Shown here piece by piece: positions 1 through 14,300 of a stretch of 64,000 nucleotides of DNA (position 1 is its first letter; each line of letters begins with the position of its first letter). A program made the translations under genes and the position numbers. The notes beneath the pieces were generated by a model, which was given only the letters and a program-made list of their open reading frames with translations, was not told where the DNA came from and did not search any database. The stretch is from Tubiluchus corallicola (Eukaryota; Animalia; Priapulida), in NCBI GenBank assembly GCA_030141605.1, contig JAQGDQ010000611.1:1-64000 (forward strand), given 5' to 3'.

Positions 1-1798
1 TCAACAACATCGTCAGCAACAACAGCAATAACGGCGTCATCAACGAGCATGGGTCCCTCACCCAACATCGTTTTTGTCAACCGGAAGAAAGCATCCGACC
101 AGGATAAAGATAAATGAATATTTTTTAAATAGTAAAGGTACACCCCATCGGGATAAAGATAAATGAATATTTTAAAAAGTAAATACACTTCAGTCTCTGG
201 CAATTTTAGTCTAATAGTAAAGCGCCTCAGTTTTTTTTCTCTTTGTACATCTAGTCTAGATAAAAGTAAAATTTTAAATACCCTATTGTCAAAAAAGAAA
301 TCTTTCAATAAAAATGTGGCTAATGCAACTTGTGAGTTTTTGGGATTATATATATATATCCTCACCTAAAAAATACTGACTCGTTGAAATTCGTGCAGAC
401 TAGAAGGCTGCGGGCATTCAATTTTATCTAGACGGCAGCTGTCCTACTGTCTGCTTGCTGTACATTCCAACGGGCTTTTTTTAAAAACAGGTACACGCAC
501 TTAAATAGCCGCGGGTGTCACGTCTCGCAAGTCAATTAACGGATTAAGCCCTCATTAGCTAGGTAGTCGAGTCAATTACCGGATTAAGCAATAGACACGT
601 GCCTGCCTTGGCGTCTGATCAGATGAGTGCATTCGTTGCGGGTTTAAACATGCGAGTTAGTACAGATAGAAAGATTTTTACAAAATAGACACGTGCCTGC
701 CTTGGCGTCTGATCAGATGAGTGCATTCGTTGCGGGTTTAAACATGCAAGTTAGTACAGATAGAAAGATTTTTACAAAATGAAAAGATAATTTTAACTAA
801 CATTAGTTATTATTGTTCTGTCGGATAAAAAAGTGGATGACGACCAAAGATCAGACTCTGCTTTAGGTAATACCGCATCATCATCGTCGTCATCATCATC
901 ATCGTTGGATACAGTTGACAAAAAAATAAAGAAACCCAGAAATTAATCATGCTCGGCGACGCGTGAGTAGACTGTATGTTACACGCGGTAACGTTCGTGC
1001 TAATGGTCGGCCCGTGCTAACAATCGTGCTCGGCGGTGTGTGCGCGTGTGAGTAGACTGTATGTTGCACGATGCGACCGCATTGGATGGAGCGAAGAAGG
1101 CTTTTTCGGTGACGGCATCCATCCATCTCGGATAAAGGTAGGATAAAATTTTTAAAAATTGTATTGCAACTTAGACGCGCATAAAAGAACATTCTAACCC
1201 GGATGAGGGTGGGGTAAAATTTTTAAAAATTGCAAGGCAATTTAGACTCGCATAAAAGAACATCCTAACCATTTAGCGACGACGACGAGACTGCTGCACG
1301 TGGGTAGAGAAATCTTTTAGCCCATTATCTAGCTAGCTAGGCGGCGAGAGTCGATTACCGGATTAGCCACAATTAGGGTGGAGCAAGCAAAGTGCGCAGC
1401 GAGCGCGTGTCGAACGGACGACTGCATTTACCGCAGAGGGGGGGGGGGGGTGTTCTCGTCGGGCGCACCCCCCCCCAAAAACGTGCGCGAGTCCCAACCG
1501 TCACTCCTAATCCTTAAATCGAGCACTTAACTAGCGCAACAATAGACCCACTTCACTTTTTTAGGGGGGTGATTTTTGTTCCCACCCCCGGCAGTCGAGG
1601 GGGGCGTGGCCCGTCGACCAACCGTCACTCCTAATCCTTAAATTGGTCACTTAACTAGCACGACAATAGAGCCACTTCACTTTTTTAGGGGTGTTTCCGG
1701 ATTTTCGCACTTTTTTAGGGGTGTTTTTCCCCACCCCCCCCCCGGGGAAATCCCCACCCCCCGGGGAAATCGGCCAGAGGCAAAACATCTATACTACT
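1..1798. mobile_element. Terminal region (probable TIR) of a Polinton/Maverick-like element inserted in an intron of the EGF gene; the rest lies left of the window
   Basis: Ends ...CATCTATACTACT at 1798 (reverse complement AGTAGTATAGATG, a Polinton-type AGTAGT terminus). Sequence from 1799 (GACGCCTTTGTAATAAT) matches the paralogous uninterrupted intron at 3371, while sequence to the left does not. G/C-run-rich end with internal direct repeats (94 bp at 591/685, about 70 bp at 1145/1216 and at 1496/1619). No element protein is visible in the window. Confidence 0.6.
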
Positions 1799-1917
1799 GA
1801 CGCCTTTGTAATAATAATAATGATAGTGATGGTGACGATGACGACGACGACGACGACAAAAACAACAACAATAATAATAATCAGAAAAATAATTAAGATT
1901 CACTTGTCGAACCATAC

Positions 1918-2025
1918 CTTCTTCACATGTGCTGCCAAAGAATCCTGGTGCACACATGCAAGAGAATGAATTTAGAGCAGGAGAACACATCCCGCCATTT
2001 AAGCAAGGATTTGGTGAACATGTGT
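1918..2025 (-). CDS. EGF exon ([35 protein letters not shown])
   Basis: 108 bp, AG/GT flanks, phase 1-1, 6-Cys EGF pattern. Confidence 0.85.
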
Positions 2026-5000
2026 CTATAAACGAAAAATACAGGGTAATAACAATCAGACTGTAACAAAGATTTGCTCCAACGCATCATTAAAAATACA
2101 AAAAACTGTTTGGGTCAACCTGTGATTTCAATGTGGTTTACTTTATGTAAGAAAGGAACATAAAACATAAGAGCTGTACTTCACACATCATACTTTACAA
2201 TCAAGTAGACAATGAAGATTGAAAATAAGTAGTAAAGTGTGTTGGGGGAATCATGCAATGAGGATATTTAACGCAAAATATAATTTAGATTGATGAAACT
2301 GGCATAACAATGACTAAAAATATACAGCCGCATTTCACTTACTTGTTTCACATGTGGAACCAGTAAATGCTTCAGCACAAATGCACGTAAATGAATCTGC
2401 ACCATTACAACAGGTGCCATCATTTAAGCAAGGTGAGGTCGCACAAAAGTCAACTAAGAGAAGATAACAAAATCACTTGCACATTTCAAAGATCTGTCAA
2501 GTTGGTACTATAAAATGGGCCTCGTACTGCAAAATATAACGTTCATGGTTTTTATTTAAAAAAGGAAATTTTCACCACATGTTTAGGACAAATTTCAAAA
2601 CACTGACATCTTAAACATGGCAGTAAAGATGTGTCAATACATTATACCAATTTGACAGCCAGCATAAGAAATATGGAATTACTTAAAAATTTCGAATAAG
2701 CAAACTTATACTAGCATCAAACTTTGCAAAATGAAATTTTTAATAAAATTAGGGCTTAGGATTACTTTGTACAACTTTTTTCCAAAGGCAAGTGGTTTGC
2801 TTTTTGTAAGAAAGGAACATAAAACATAAGAGCTATATTTCACACATCATACTTTACAATCAAGTAGACAATGAAGAATGAAAATAAACAGTAAAGTGTG
2901 TTGGGGAATCATGTAATGAGGATATTTACCACAAAATATAATTTAGATTGATAAAACTGGCATAACAATAACTAAAAATATACAGCCACATTTCACTTAC
3001 TTGTTTCACATGTGGAACCAGTAAATCCATCAGCACAGATGCATATAAATGAACCTTGGTGATTAATGCAGCTGCCATCATTTAAGCAAGGTGAGTTCAC
3101 ACAATTGTCAACTAAAAAAATGTTACAATTGAGTTATACGTAACAGAAAATTATGTGTATTTAGTAAAGTAGCATTTATTATTTAATTGGTACGCTATCA
3201 TTTCAATCCCTAACATGCAGATATAAACCTTTGTATCAGTGATTTGTTTCCTACACTGCCTCTGCAGCACAGCTCTTAACACCTTATAACACAACTCTTT
3301 TCATTATTTCCAAATTAATGACTCATTATTCTAATATGACTTAAAGTTGTAGTTTGGCATGTCAGTAATGGACGCCTTTGTAATAATAATAATGATAATA
3401 GTGGTGGTGATGATGACGACGACGACGACGACAAAGACAACAACAATAATAATAATCAGAAAAATTATTAAGATTCATTTGTCGAACCATACCTTCTTCA
3501 CATGTGCTGCCAAAGAATCCTGATGCACACATGCAAGAGAATGAATTTAGAGCAGGAGAACACATCCCGCTATTCAAGCAAGGATTTGGTGAACATGTGT
3601 CTATAAACGAAAAATATAGGGTAATAACAATCAGACTGTAACAAAGATTTGCTCCAAAGCATCATTAAAAATACAAAAAACTGTTTGGCTCAACCTGTAA
3701 CTTCAATGTGGTTTACTTTTTGTAAGAAAGGAACATAAAACATAACAGCTGTACTTCACACATCATACTTTACAATCAAGTAGACAATGAAGAATGAAAA
3801 TGTACGGTAAAGTGTGTTGGGGGAATCATGTAATAAGGATATTTACCACAATATATAATTTAGATTGACAAAATCACTTGTACAATTCAAAGATCTTTCA
3901 AGTTGGTACTATAAAATGGGCCTCGTACTGCAAAATATAACTTTCATGGTTTTCATTTAAAAAAGGAAATATTAACCACATGTTTGGGACAAATTTCCAA
4001 ACACTGACATCTTAAACATGGCAGTAAAGATGTGTCAATACGTTACATCAATTTGACAGTCAGCATAAGAAATATGGAATTACTTAAAAATTTCGAATAA
4101 GCAAACTTATACTAGCATCAAACTTTGCAAAATGAAATTTTTAATAAAATTAGGGCCAAGGATTACTTTGTACAACTTTTTTCCAAAGGCAAGTGGTTTG
4201 CTTTTTGTAAGAAAGGAACATAAAACATAAGAGCTATATTTCACACATCATACTTTACAATCAAGTAAGCAATGAAGAATGAAAATAAACAGTAAAGTGT
4301 GTTAGAGGAATCATGTAATGAGGATATTTACCACAAAATATAATTTAGATTGATAAAACTGGCATAACAATAACTAAAAATATACAGCCACATTTCACTT
4401 ACTTGTTTCACATGTGGAACCAGTAAATCCTTCAGCACAAATGCACGTAAATGATTCTGCACCATTAATACAGATGCCATCATTTGAGCAAGGCGAGGTC
4501 ACACAAAAGTCAACTAAGAGAAAGTAACAAAATCACTTGTACATTTCAAAGATCTGTCAAGTTGGTACTATAAAAAGGGCCTCGCATTGCAAAATATAAC
4601 TAATATGGTTATCATTTAAAAAAGGAAATATTAACCACATGTCTGAGACAAATTTCAAAACACTGACATCTTAAACATGGCAGAGTAAAGATGTGTCAAT
4701 ACGTTACATCAATTTGACAGTCAGCATAAGAAATATGGAATTACTTAAAAATTTCGAATAAGCAAACTTATACTAGCATCAAACTTTGCAAAATGAAATT
4801 TTTAATAAAATTAGGGCCAAGGATTACTTTGTACAACTTTTTTCCAAAAGTCAAGTGGTTTACTTTTTGTAAGAAAGGAACATGAAACATAAGAACTGTA
4901 TTTCACACATCATACTTTACAATCAAGCAGACAATGAAGAATGAAAATGAACGGTAAAGTGTGTTGGGGGAATCATGTAATGAGGATGTTTACCACAAAA

Positions 5001-8000
5001 TATAATTTAGATTGATGAAACTGGGCATAACAATAACTAAAAATATACAGCCGCATTTCACTTACTTGTTTCACATGTGGAACCAGTAAATCCTTCAGCA
5101 CAAATGCACGTAAATGAATCTGCACCATTACAACAGGTGCCATCATTTAAGCAAGGTGAGTTCACACAAAAGTCAACTAAGAGAAAATAACAAAATCACT
5201 TGTACATTTCAAAGATCTGTCAAGTTGGTACTATAAAATGGGCCCCGTACTGCAAAATATAGCTTTCATGGTTTTCATTTAAAAAAGGAAATATTAACCA
5301 CGTGTTTGGGACAAATTTCAAAACACTGACATCTTAAACATGGCAGTAAAGATGTGTCAATACATTATATCAATTTGACAGCCAGCATAAGAAATATGGA
5401 ATTACTTAAAAATTTCGAATAAGCAAACTTATACTAGCATCAAACTTTGCAAAATGAAATTTTTAATAAAATTAGGGCTTAGGATTACTTTGTACAACTT
5501 TTTTCCAAAGGCAAGTGGTTTGCTTTTTGTAAGAAAGGAACATAAAACATAAGAGCTATATTTCACACATCATACTTTACAATCAAGTAGACAATGAAGA
5601 ATGAAAATAAACAGTAAAGTGTGTTGGGGAATCATGTAATGAGGATATTTACCACAAAATATAATTTAGATTGACAAAATCACTTGTACAATTCAAAGAT
5701 CTTTCAAGTTGGTACTATAAAATGGGCCTCGTACTGCAAAATATAACTTTCATGGTTTTCATTTAAAAAAGGAAATATTAACCACATGTTTGGGACAAAT
5801 TTCAAAACACTGATATCTTAAACATGGCAGTGAAGATGTGTCAATACATTATATCAATTTGACAGCCAGCATAAGAAATTATATGCAAGATACGTGGAAT
5901 TACTTAAAAGTTTTGAATAAATAAATTTATACTAGCATCAAGCTTTGTAAAATACATTCTTTAATAAAATTAGAGCTTAGGATTACTTTGTATAACTTTT
6001 TTCCAAAAGTCAACAAAACTAATTGCCAGTTTCAGCCTGGTTCAGTTTTCACTATCATTACCATTACCTTCTTTATTGAAAATAGATTCAGATGCACTGT
6101 TCATCATCGTAATAAAGTGTTTAAAAATCACACTGATCCATGTTTGATAAATTGTTAATAAACTAGTATAGATGTAACTCTAGAACTGTCTATAGCATAA
6201 AACAGTGTTTTTTTAATTTGACTTGTGTAAGCTCATTTGGGGCAACAAAACCATCAATTTAAGTATACTTCAATTTCAAACTCGCTGTATCAACTTTAGC
6301 GTAGTGAACAATAAGTTTTACCTGTTTCACACAGAATTCCTATAAATCCAAGCGGGCAAGTGCAAGTGAAAGACCCCACCCCGCCAGTCATGCAGTCGCC
6401 ATTATTCTGGCAAGGATTTCCAGTGCAGAGATCTGTAAAATTGTTACCATGGATATTATAAACACAGTTTTTTAGTATTTGTCCTCTGATGTTGATCTTT
6501 GAAACCAAATGAAAAAGCACTACGAGACATCACAATTTAACATACTGGGACACTCCGAGATTAAAAAGCTTGATCTTGTACTTTAAATTTAGTTGTTTAG
6601 TCAATAGTTTAAGACATCTTTACACAAAATTCCTTCAACATCTTTTTCTCAATAATTGGTTTGTCATTGAAAATTTTGATATATTGAATGTGTCACAGAC
6701 AGGTGTCATTTTCATTGTGGATATGTCTAGGTCAATTGCCAATTTTTCAAAAACAAAAGACAATTTTAAAAACTATATAGAATTAGGGAATATAGTTTAA
6801 AAAACAAACCAAATGAGCTCTATAATAAAAGCAAGATAAGCACAACTGTCATTTGCTGCTGAAATGAGCTCTTGTTGCAATAACATACATGACATGCTGT
6901 GGTTTTTAACTCACCTGTTTCACACCTGGCGCCTGCAAATCCTAGTTGGCATGTGCAAATAAACGAGTTAACTGCATCGTGACATGTCCCACCATTTATA
7001 CAAGGAGTCGATTGACATTCATCTATATCTGTTGAAAAGCAAACCACAACCATTAACAATTTGCAACATGTTAGTTCGTTTATGCGTCTGCAATAGTTCT
7101 GCGGTAATGGATGCCAAACTCATTAAGACTAGAGGGACCGGAAAACTTTAACACCTAGAAGGACCAACATGCATCAATGTATGCAATCATATCAATCAGT
7201 CCTATGCAAAATTAACACTAATAGTTATCAGTCAGATTTCACTAAAATTCAACAATAAATCAGAAAATTAACAAATGATTTGAGTTCGTATAAAATTGAA
7301 GCAATTTTTACATTACAATTATAATGACTCATCTAATAGCAGATTTCGCAGTGCTTCGAGAACCTGCATTGAGTCAAGTCGTCTGGTGGAATTCCTGAGA
7401 GCCGACAGTCAAAAAAGTTCAGACCACAAGATTTTAGCTTGTAAAATAAGGCGTCGAAATGAGTTCACGGATTTACATTCACATTTACTAGAGTTATGCT
7501 AGTACATTGTGGTGATTTTCCATGTACAATATGTTCAGCGTCAATAAGCATTTTCACAGATTCGTTATGTGCACGCGCAATTGCTGCATGTTAAAGGTTA
7601 AGTGTACTACAACAACGCGTCTCAGCTACAACCGTCACGTGACATGTGGATAAAACAAACCCCAGTTTAATAACTTCAATTGTTTTATGTGGACTTTACT
7701 TAATAATTATTATTCATTAATCTGTGCGGGATTTTGTTTGGGAACAAGAAAAAATAAATTAGGTAAGGTCTTATAGCTAGCATTTGTCCCCTTTTCATAA
7801 TAACTATTACAATAGCATGGGTTGCGAGGTCTTGTCATTTGTGCACGCATGCGCTGTCTGGTAACCTTTGACCTTCTCGCAATCGTCATCAAACGCTGGA
7901 ACTGTGAAAAGGCTTATTGACGCAGATGATCCTTCTAGACGGTAACCTACTTGAACAAGGCTAAATCGGCATTTCAGTCCTGAAATTCAGTGCAATAGTA

Positions 8001-11000
8001 GTTAGAACTAAACTACATAAATGCATAAACGGAGATCTTAGAGAGAAGAACATAAATGAAGAGATGGTCAACAACAGGAATGCATGGAGAAGACTCATTC
8101 ACAACGGCGACCCCGCATAGGGAAAAGCTGAGAAGAAAAAGAAGTAGTTAGAACTAAACTAGGAAAAGTAAAAAATAAGTATTTGACAGATGTGCACAGA
8201 ATAAAAAACTGCATCAATTGACACAATTCGTTTTGTGTTAAAGGCTTGTCAAATAACAGGTTAACATCATCTGGTCTTAGTGGACTGACCATAACAATTT
8301 GTCACTCACCTGTTTGACAACGGTTGCCCGTGAAACCTGGTTCACAAATACAATTGAAATTGTCACATTGTCCGTGCTCGCAAGGAGGGAAGCAGATATC
8401 AACTGAAAGGATTACGCATATACTTTACCACAAAAAAAGTTCTAGTAAGAGCTGCACTATAGAAAGATTAACAATTTCTTATAACAAATTACTCTAAAAG
8501 TGCAGATTTGTTGCGTACAAATAATATAATTTGTGACAGTGCATTTACAGTCTTCCTAGCTTGTGTATGTCAAGTGTACATCAATACAGCAATGAGGGAT
8601 ATAAAATGTGTGGTGAGACATCATGCTTGTCAGAAAGATAATTTTTATGACACTTTGGAGATTTTATCATTGAATTTGTAGCAATCTTATGCTCAGGTTT
8701 TACTTAAAATAGCTCTCAATAAACTACTGAGAGGTAATCATCTAACATAATGCAAATCTAATTCTGAATGACAAGAAAAGTGGAATTTAATTTTTAAAAA
8801 ATCCCATAATGAAAAAAGAAGTTTGACTCCAAGTATTATTGGGCGAGGGATTCATTGATTAGAGTCTTGAATTTAAGATAGAAAATGAAAACCCGATTTT
8901 CGCCATCGATGCAGGACTCATTCTAGTATATTCCTGTAAAGTTTTATGAAAATCCATTGTGAATTGGTAGAGCTTTGGCTTTCTTTCGAAAATGATGTTA
9001 TTGCTGCCATCTTGAAGACGGATCTAAGTTCTAATTCCGTCATAACCGTATGAAACTTCGTGACAAACCACTGCGAATTCACTGAGCCTTAGGCTTTTTT
9101 CTCGATATGTCATCCCAAAGACAAGAACAACATTCAGAAGAGCAACGACTTGGGTGGAATTTCTCGACCAACAAGGACAAAATACTACATAATAAGCTAC
9201 TGCTGCAATTTAACCACGCGTGAAAAAAGAAAAAAAAAGATCACATGAACTTACTAATGGTAATTTTTGCGAAGTTTTTTATATTATTAACTTAATAAGA
9301 AGATGCCACACAAGAAATGATATAATCACAGAAACAACGGAACAGCAGATAAAAAACACAATGGCGAATACAGAAGTACGAAATCACAGACCAGTCACAG
9401 AGCTTTAGGAAAAGAGACGACAAAATCTTCTAACTTATGGACTTGTTACAACCAATCCCCAAACACCCTTACGGTTTTTCATCCTGGTAGAGGCGTGGAA
9501 GAGACACTCATCATTGTGTAGCCTGGTTTCTCCTCTTTCCAAAGAGTTGTAAAATTCTCACCAAGACCCACCAAGCGCCGCTGAGACGCGTCCAGAGCAA
9601 ACAGCGTCCATAAAAAAGTCGATTTGTGCAACTGTTTGGGCATACCCGAGGAAAGAGGAAGAAATGGTCCACGAGGGACGAATGATTCGCTAGAAGAGAT
9701 GTCCACTAGACGAAACGAGAAGGGTATATCTATGTGTTATAATAATCCGAAATACGTTTATTCCATGCAGGACAATGAAGGCACAATAAAATCATTAGTG
9801 GTCACAAACTGAGAAAGACAACTCCTATTAGACTACACCTAGATTATGCAAATGTTGCTAGGGGACCAAGGTTTATTGGAGATGCTCAACTCATAGAAAA
9901 TGTGAAACGAAGGACTGCCAAGCTGGTTCCGTCATTCAGTGACTTGGATTACACAGAAATACTAAGAAAATTAAGCATTCCATCTTCACAATACAGAAGC
10001 CAACACAAGTGACATGATTCAGGTTTCATGAATGATCATTAAAATGGATATTTTGGAACTCTCTAAACCCAGAACTAGATTGGATGTGAAGAAGTAGGAT
10101 ATGAGGAAGTAGGATGTAAGGAAGTACGCCTTCAGTAACCGAGTAGTAAACAGTTGGAATGGTCTAAGCAACAAAACTGAAGCATCTAAATCAGTGAATT
10201 TAAACAAAATTTAGAATAAGAGTGGAATGAAAAAAAGTTTCTTGTACCATACACACACTAATGTCAGTAGAGAACAGGCATTACAGGTGATCCATGGATC
10301 TACCTCTTGCCTTAACATTGGATATGGATATGGATCTGGAAGGCTCATATACGGTGTTCCGTCAATAGACGTTTTCTCGAACCTGACCTCCCGATGTGTA
10401 GGAAACTAACACGAAAAGAAAACAAAAGAATGTCTCAACGGCGCTTGTTGGGGGGGAGTCTTGGGGTAGAATTTTCTAGCTCTTTGGAACGAGAAGAAAG
10501 CTGATGACACGACAGTGTGTGCCTCTTTTACAAGCGAGTACACCAAGAAGTACATAATGGGAGAAACCTATTGGCACTGTTGCGCTGTTGACGGCAATAT
10601 TCTACAGCTCCTAGAGTTGGAATACTGATAATAGGACTTATATGCCTTGCTCTGCGTGTATGGGGTTAATCAAGGCTTTATTGGGCGTCAGACAGACTAA
10701 ATGTAACGATCTTGCTTTAATTGAATCTGGATACCCAGCTCCTTACTTTTCGCTATGAACCTTTAATGAAAACTGTCGCCATAGCAAGGAAAGCAGGCAG
10801 GAAACTTCTTAGATATCTTGACCAGCGTCAGGCGCATTACCGGCCAGACTATACACCCCAGCAGAGAGTTTTGTTAGAAGAAAGCATAAGGAATCGGGTT
10901 AATTTTACACGTTGTGTAACCTACTTGGAATTGAACCCCGGTCTCGAAACTCCTCGTTTTTAATCGACAATATTTGAGCATCATCGGAGAAGCTTCACAA

Positions 11001-11218
11001 AAATGCGTCTTTAACATAGGCTGCGGATAGAAACGGGTAGATGGGCGAGACAGTCAAGGGAAAACAGACTTGTAGGGACATTCAAACTGAGAAACCCGTT
11101 ATACAGACATGCCCCCTAACCAGGGCCTTTTCAAGGGGGGGGGGGAAGTGGGGATACTTCCCTGGGGCCTCACCCTCCAGAGGGGCGCGAGGTAACATGC
11201 TTTATGCGAACATACTGC

Positions 11219-11306
<88 letters not shown>

Positions 11307-14300
11307 GCTCCCTCTCTCTCTCTCGCCGCACGCGCGCCGTTTGCAGTGTTGACAAGTATTAAGGACTAGTCTTCAGAATAAACCAGTTTTTCTTTCAATT
11401 GTTTTTTCCTTTAACAACTGTATAACTCCACATTTTCTCTTCGAAAATGCTTCTCTGGCATTCTAGCAGTTCAAAAATTTTGTGGGCGCCCCCCCCCCCA
11501 GGGGGCCTCACACGCTCCACTTTCCCGGGCCTCGCTAAGGCTGAAATAGGCCCTGCCCCTAACATCTAATATTGGAAACCGCTAGTACAATGTAAACTTT
11601 GCTGATTTAACTCATTTCTTTGAGCACCCTAATTGTTACGTAATAAGTCATGAAATTTTGCAACTTTCATGCTGATTTACTAATTAATATGAAGTGATTG
11701 TCGTGTAGTGAAGGTTATAAATGGTATGACACAGTTCTGCGTATAGGCATTTTGCTTATAGATTTACCGTTGTGTTTCTTTAACAAATTATAAGTATTAC
11801 CTTGTATGGATAACACTGTTTTTGATGCTTTATCCTTGAGTAGAAAATGTGCGCAAAGTGACATTTAAACTAAAATCACTAATGTATCGATTGTGGCATA
11901 TATATCGTTCTTCATGTATACATGTAATTTGATTTAGTCAATAAACTACATGCATACATAGTGAGTTTCAGAAGAATAAAACACAATTGCAAATAGAAAC
12001 TGCGCCGTAAATGTATTGGATTGATTTCTGCCATTGATAATGACAGTTGCTGTCGAAACGATCGTCTGCGCTTAAGAAACGCCACTTTGATTTCTAGAAG
12101 CTGGGTCTCTCACGTATTTAATGACCCAGTGAACCCCATAACTTTAACATGAAAACGGAAAAGGATGCAGACTGTCTGCTAGGATTTTGTCATTTTTACT
12201 TACAACGACCACCAATAATCTCCGTATGAACTCCTGTCGGTTTGTCCAAGACACCCATAATGATCAAGGCAGCCTTAAATAAAAAATACCAGTCATTTCT
12301 ATTGACAAATACTAAACAAGTAAGCCTGGGTAAGAAATACGTGTCACGTCTCATACATATAAAATTTCGAAATACCACATTTTGAAAGTATAGATGCACC
12401 ACATTCTGGGCTGAGCCATTCTAATTGGACAATGTGCGTGATTATTAAACACAGAACAATATACAGACATTTTCACATGCAGTTCAAAATACCACTGGTG
12501 AAATTTCATATCGTCCTGGATCTAATCTTGTTACATACGCAAAGTTCACAAAAGCAGCTATACGCGCTCGCTTTTCCAGTTGCTCTCGGTTAAGAAATTT
12601 ATGGGAGTTCTGTTAACACATTTGCAAAATTAGTGAACGTAAGTTCCACCACTTCGGGAATTTGCTAAAGACAAATAGATAGACCAATTATTCATTGCCG
12701 TTAAAACATATAAGCAACTGCATATAGCCACTGCTACAAACAAGGTGCCAGCATACCAGACAGACATCTTATAATGACTTGATCGCTAATAGATAGATTA
12801 GCTCCGCCCAACTTGATGACGTAACACACTTGTATGGCTGGAGAAAATAATAATAATAATAATGCCCACTTGACCTTAACTCTCGCAGTATATTTCAATG
12901 CATTTTTTGCACGACTTTGTGAGCCGCTTTCCTTGCGCAACTCAGATGAAGGAGGAGGCTAAACAAAGGGGACCCCCGCTGGTTGATTGACTTTTCTCAA
13001 TCTATGTATTGGTAATAGCGTCATTCCAATCTACCAAGTCGTAATAAAACTAAAAATGGCTACGTTCAAGTACAACTGCATATTGCAACACACAAGTGCC
13101 AATAAATTGGCAAAATTATACACGCACATACACACATGCACACACGCACACATATACAAAAGACATATGCGTACGAGGCGGGGGCTGCGTGTGCAGCCTC
13201 CCACCTCCACGGATTTGGGCAAATACATTTTCTTTCGTGCAATAATTATATTTATATTAAATATGCAATATTTATTACGTGACTGGTTCAACGTTATTAA
13301 TATTACGATACTGAATGCGAGATAACAGATCTGACAGAAATTGCTAACAATTTTAATATCTTTTTTGTGACTGTTGCTCCTAACTTAGCTAAAAAAATTC
13401 CCACCAATAATAGAAGTCCTTATCACTACATTAAATATGGTATATGGGACTCTAACCATATATCTATATATCTAACCGAGTTTGTTGTAACACTTACAAT
13501 GATAGCCTAAATAGGCTATTTAAAATGCAAGAAAGACTCACAAGACTCATTGCACATTCCCATTATGAAGCACAAACTAATGCTCTATTCAAAAATTGCG
13601 TTTACCTAAAATCGATGAGATTAATCAATTTAAAAATATCCGTTTTATGTACAAATTCTTGAACAATCTTACCAAGTTTTTTATTTGTAATAAAATTTTC
13701 CTTTTCCTTAAAATGGAAAGGCGAACAACTTCCATGCTCCAAGTGTAACACAAATGTTTTGAATCATTTTATGAAATATAAGGGCCCCATTCAGGCCCCA
13801 TTCAGTAGAACAATAGAAAACCATATGGCATAAAAAATGTAAGAAATGTGAAACACCTGAAGGCCAAAATGAAAATGTTTTTACTTAGTTTCTATTAAAT
13901 TGCGATTTTACTTTGAGCATAATATTGTATTGTAGTCGTCATATTTTTCTATATATGTCGTTTTTTTGTTTTATATTAGTACTTAGTATTTGATGCCAGC
14001 TTTCAGTGCCAATCAGCTTCCATTTAATATCGAAAAAACGCTAAACCAATCAACACACAGTATACAACAAATAAATTCAAATAATAAATATGGACACAAT
14101 TCAGTCTGCAAAACGGCAACAAATATACTGAATGCTTGCCCACTTAATGTAAAATCTGTAGTGACTCTAAAAAAATTCAAAAATGAACTGAATACTATAG
14201 TAGCCTTCGAAAAATAACTAATATGAAAACATGAAACAACACGTGTTATCAACGTTGACCCAGTAGTCTGTAGTTAGTGACATATCAAAACCTGTCATGC

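Larger units (their letters stand above)
1799..6010. repeat. Tandem exon+intron duplication array (about 660-bp units with higher-order copies)
   Basis: Near-identical intron blocks recur (e.g. AAGAAAGGAACATAAAACATAAGAGCT at about 2150, 2810, 3725, 4210, 4870, 5530); 1799-2290 matches 3371-3870. Confidence 0.95.

Noticed and set aside
1691-1990. His/Arg/Cys-rich tails of ORFs 1715..1990 and 3362..3577
   Set aside because: Read-through past the EGF exon donor into an intronic trinucleotide tract.
12030-12070. Hammerhead-like TTGATAATGACAG-TTG-CTGTCGAAACG
   Set aside because: The catalytic CUGAUGA box is doubly mutated and there is no clear stem I; at most a dead PLE trace.
12539-12609. Possible extra exon [23 protein letters not shown]
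   Set aside because: Phase 0-2 is incompatible with the neighbouring exons and it would interrupt the signal peptide.
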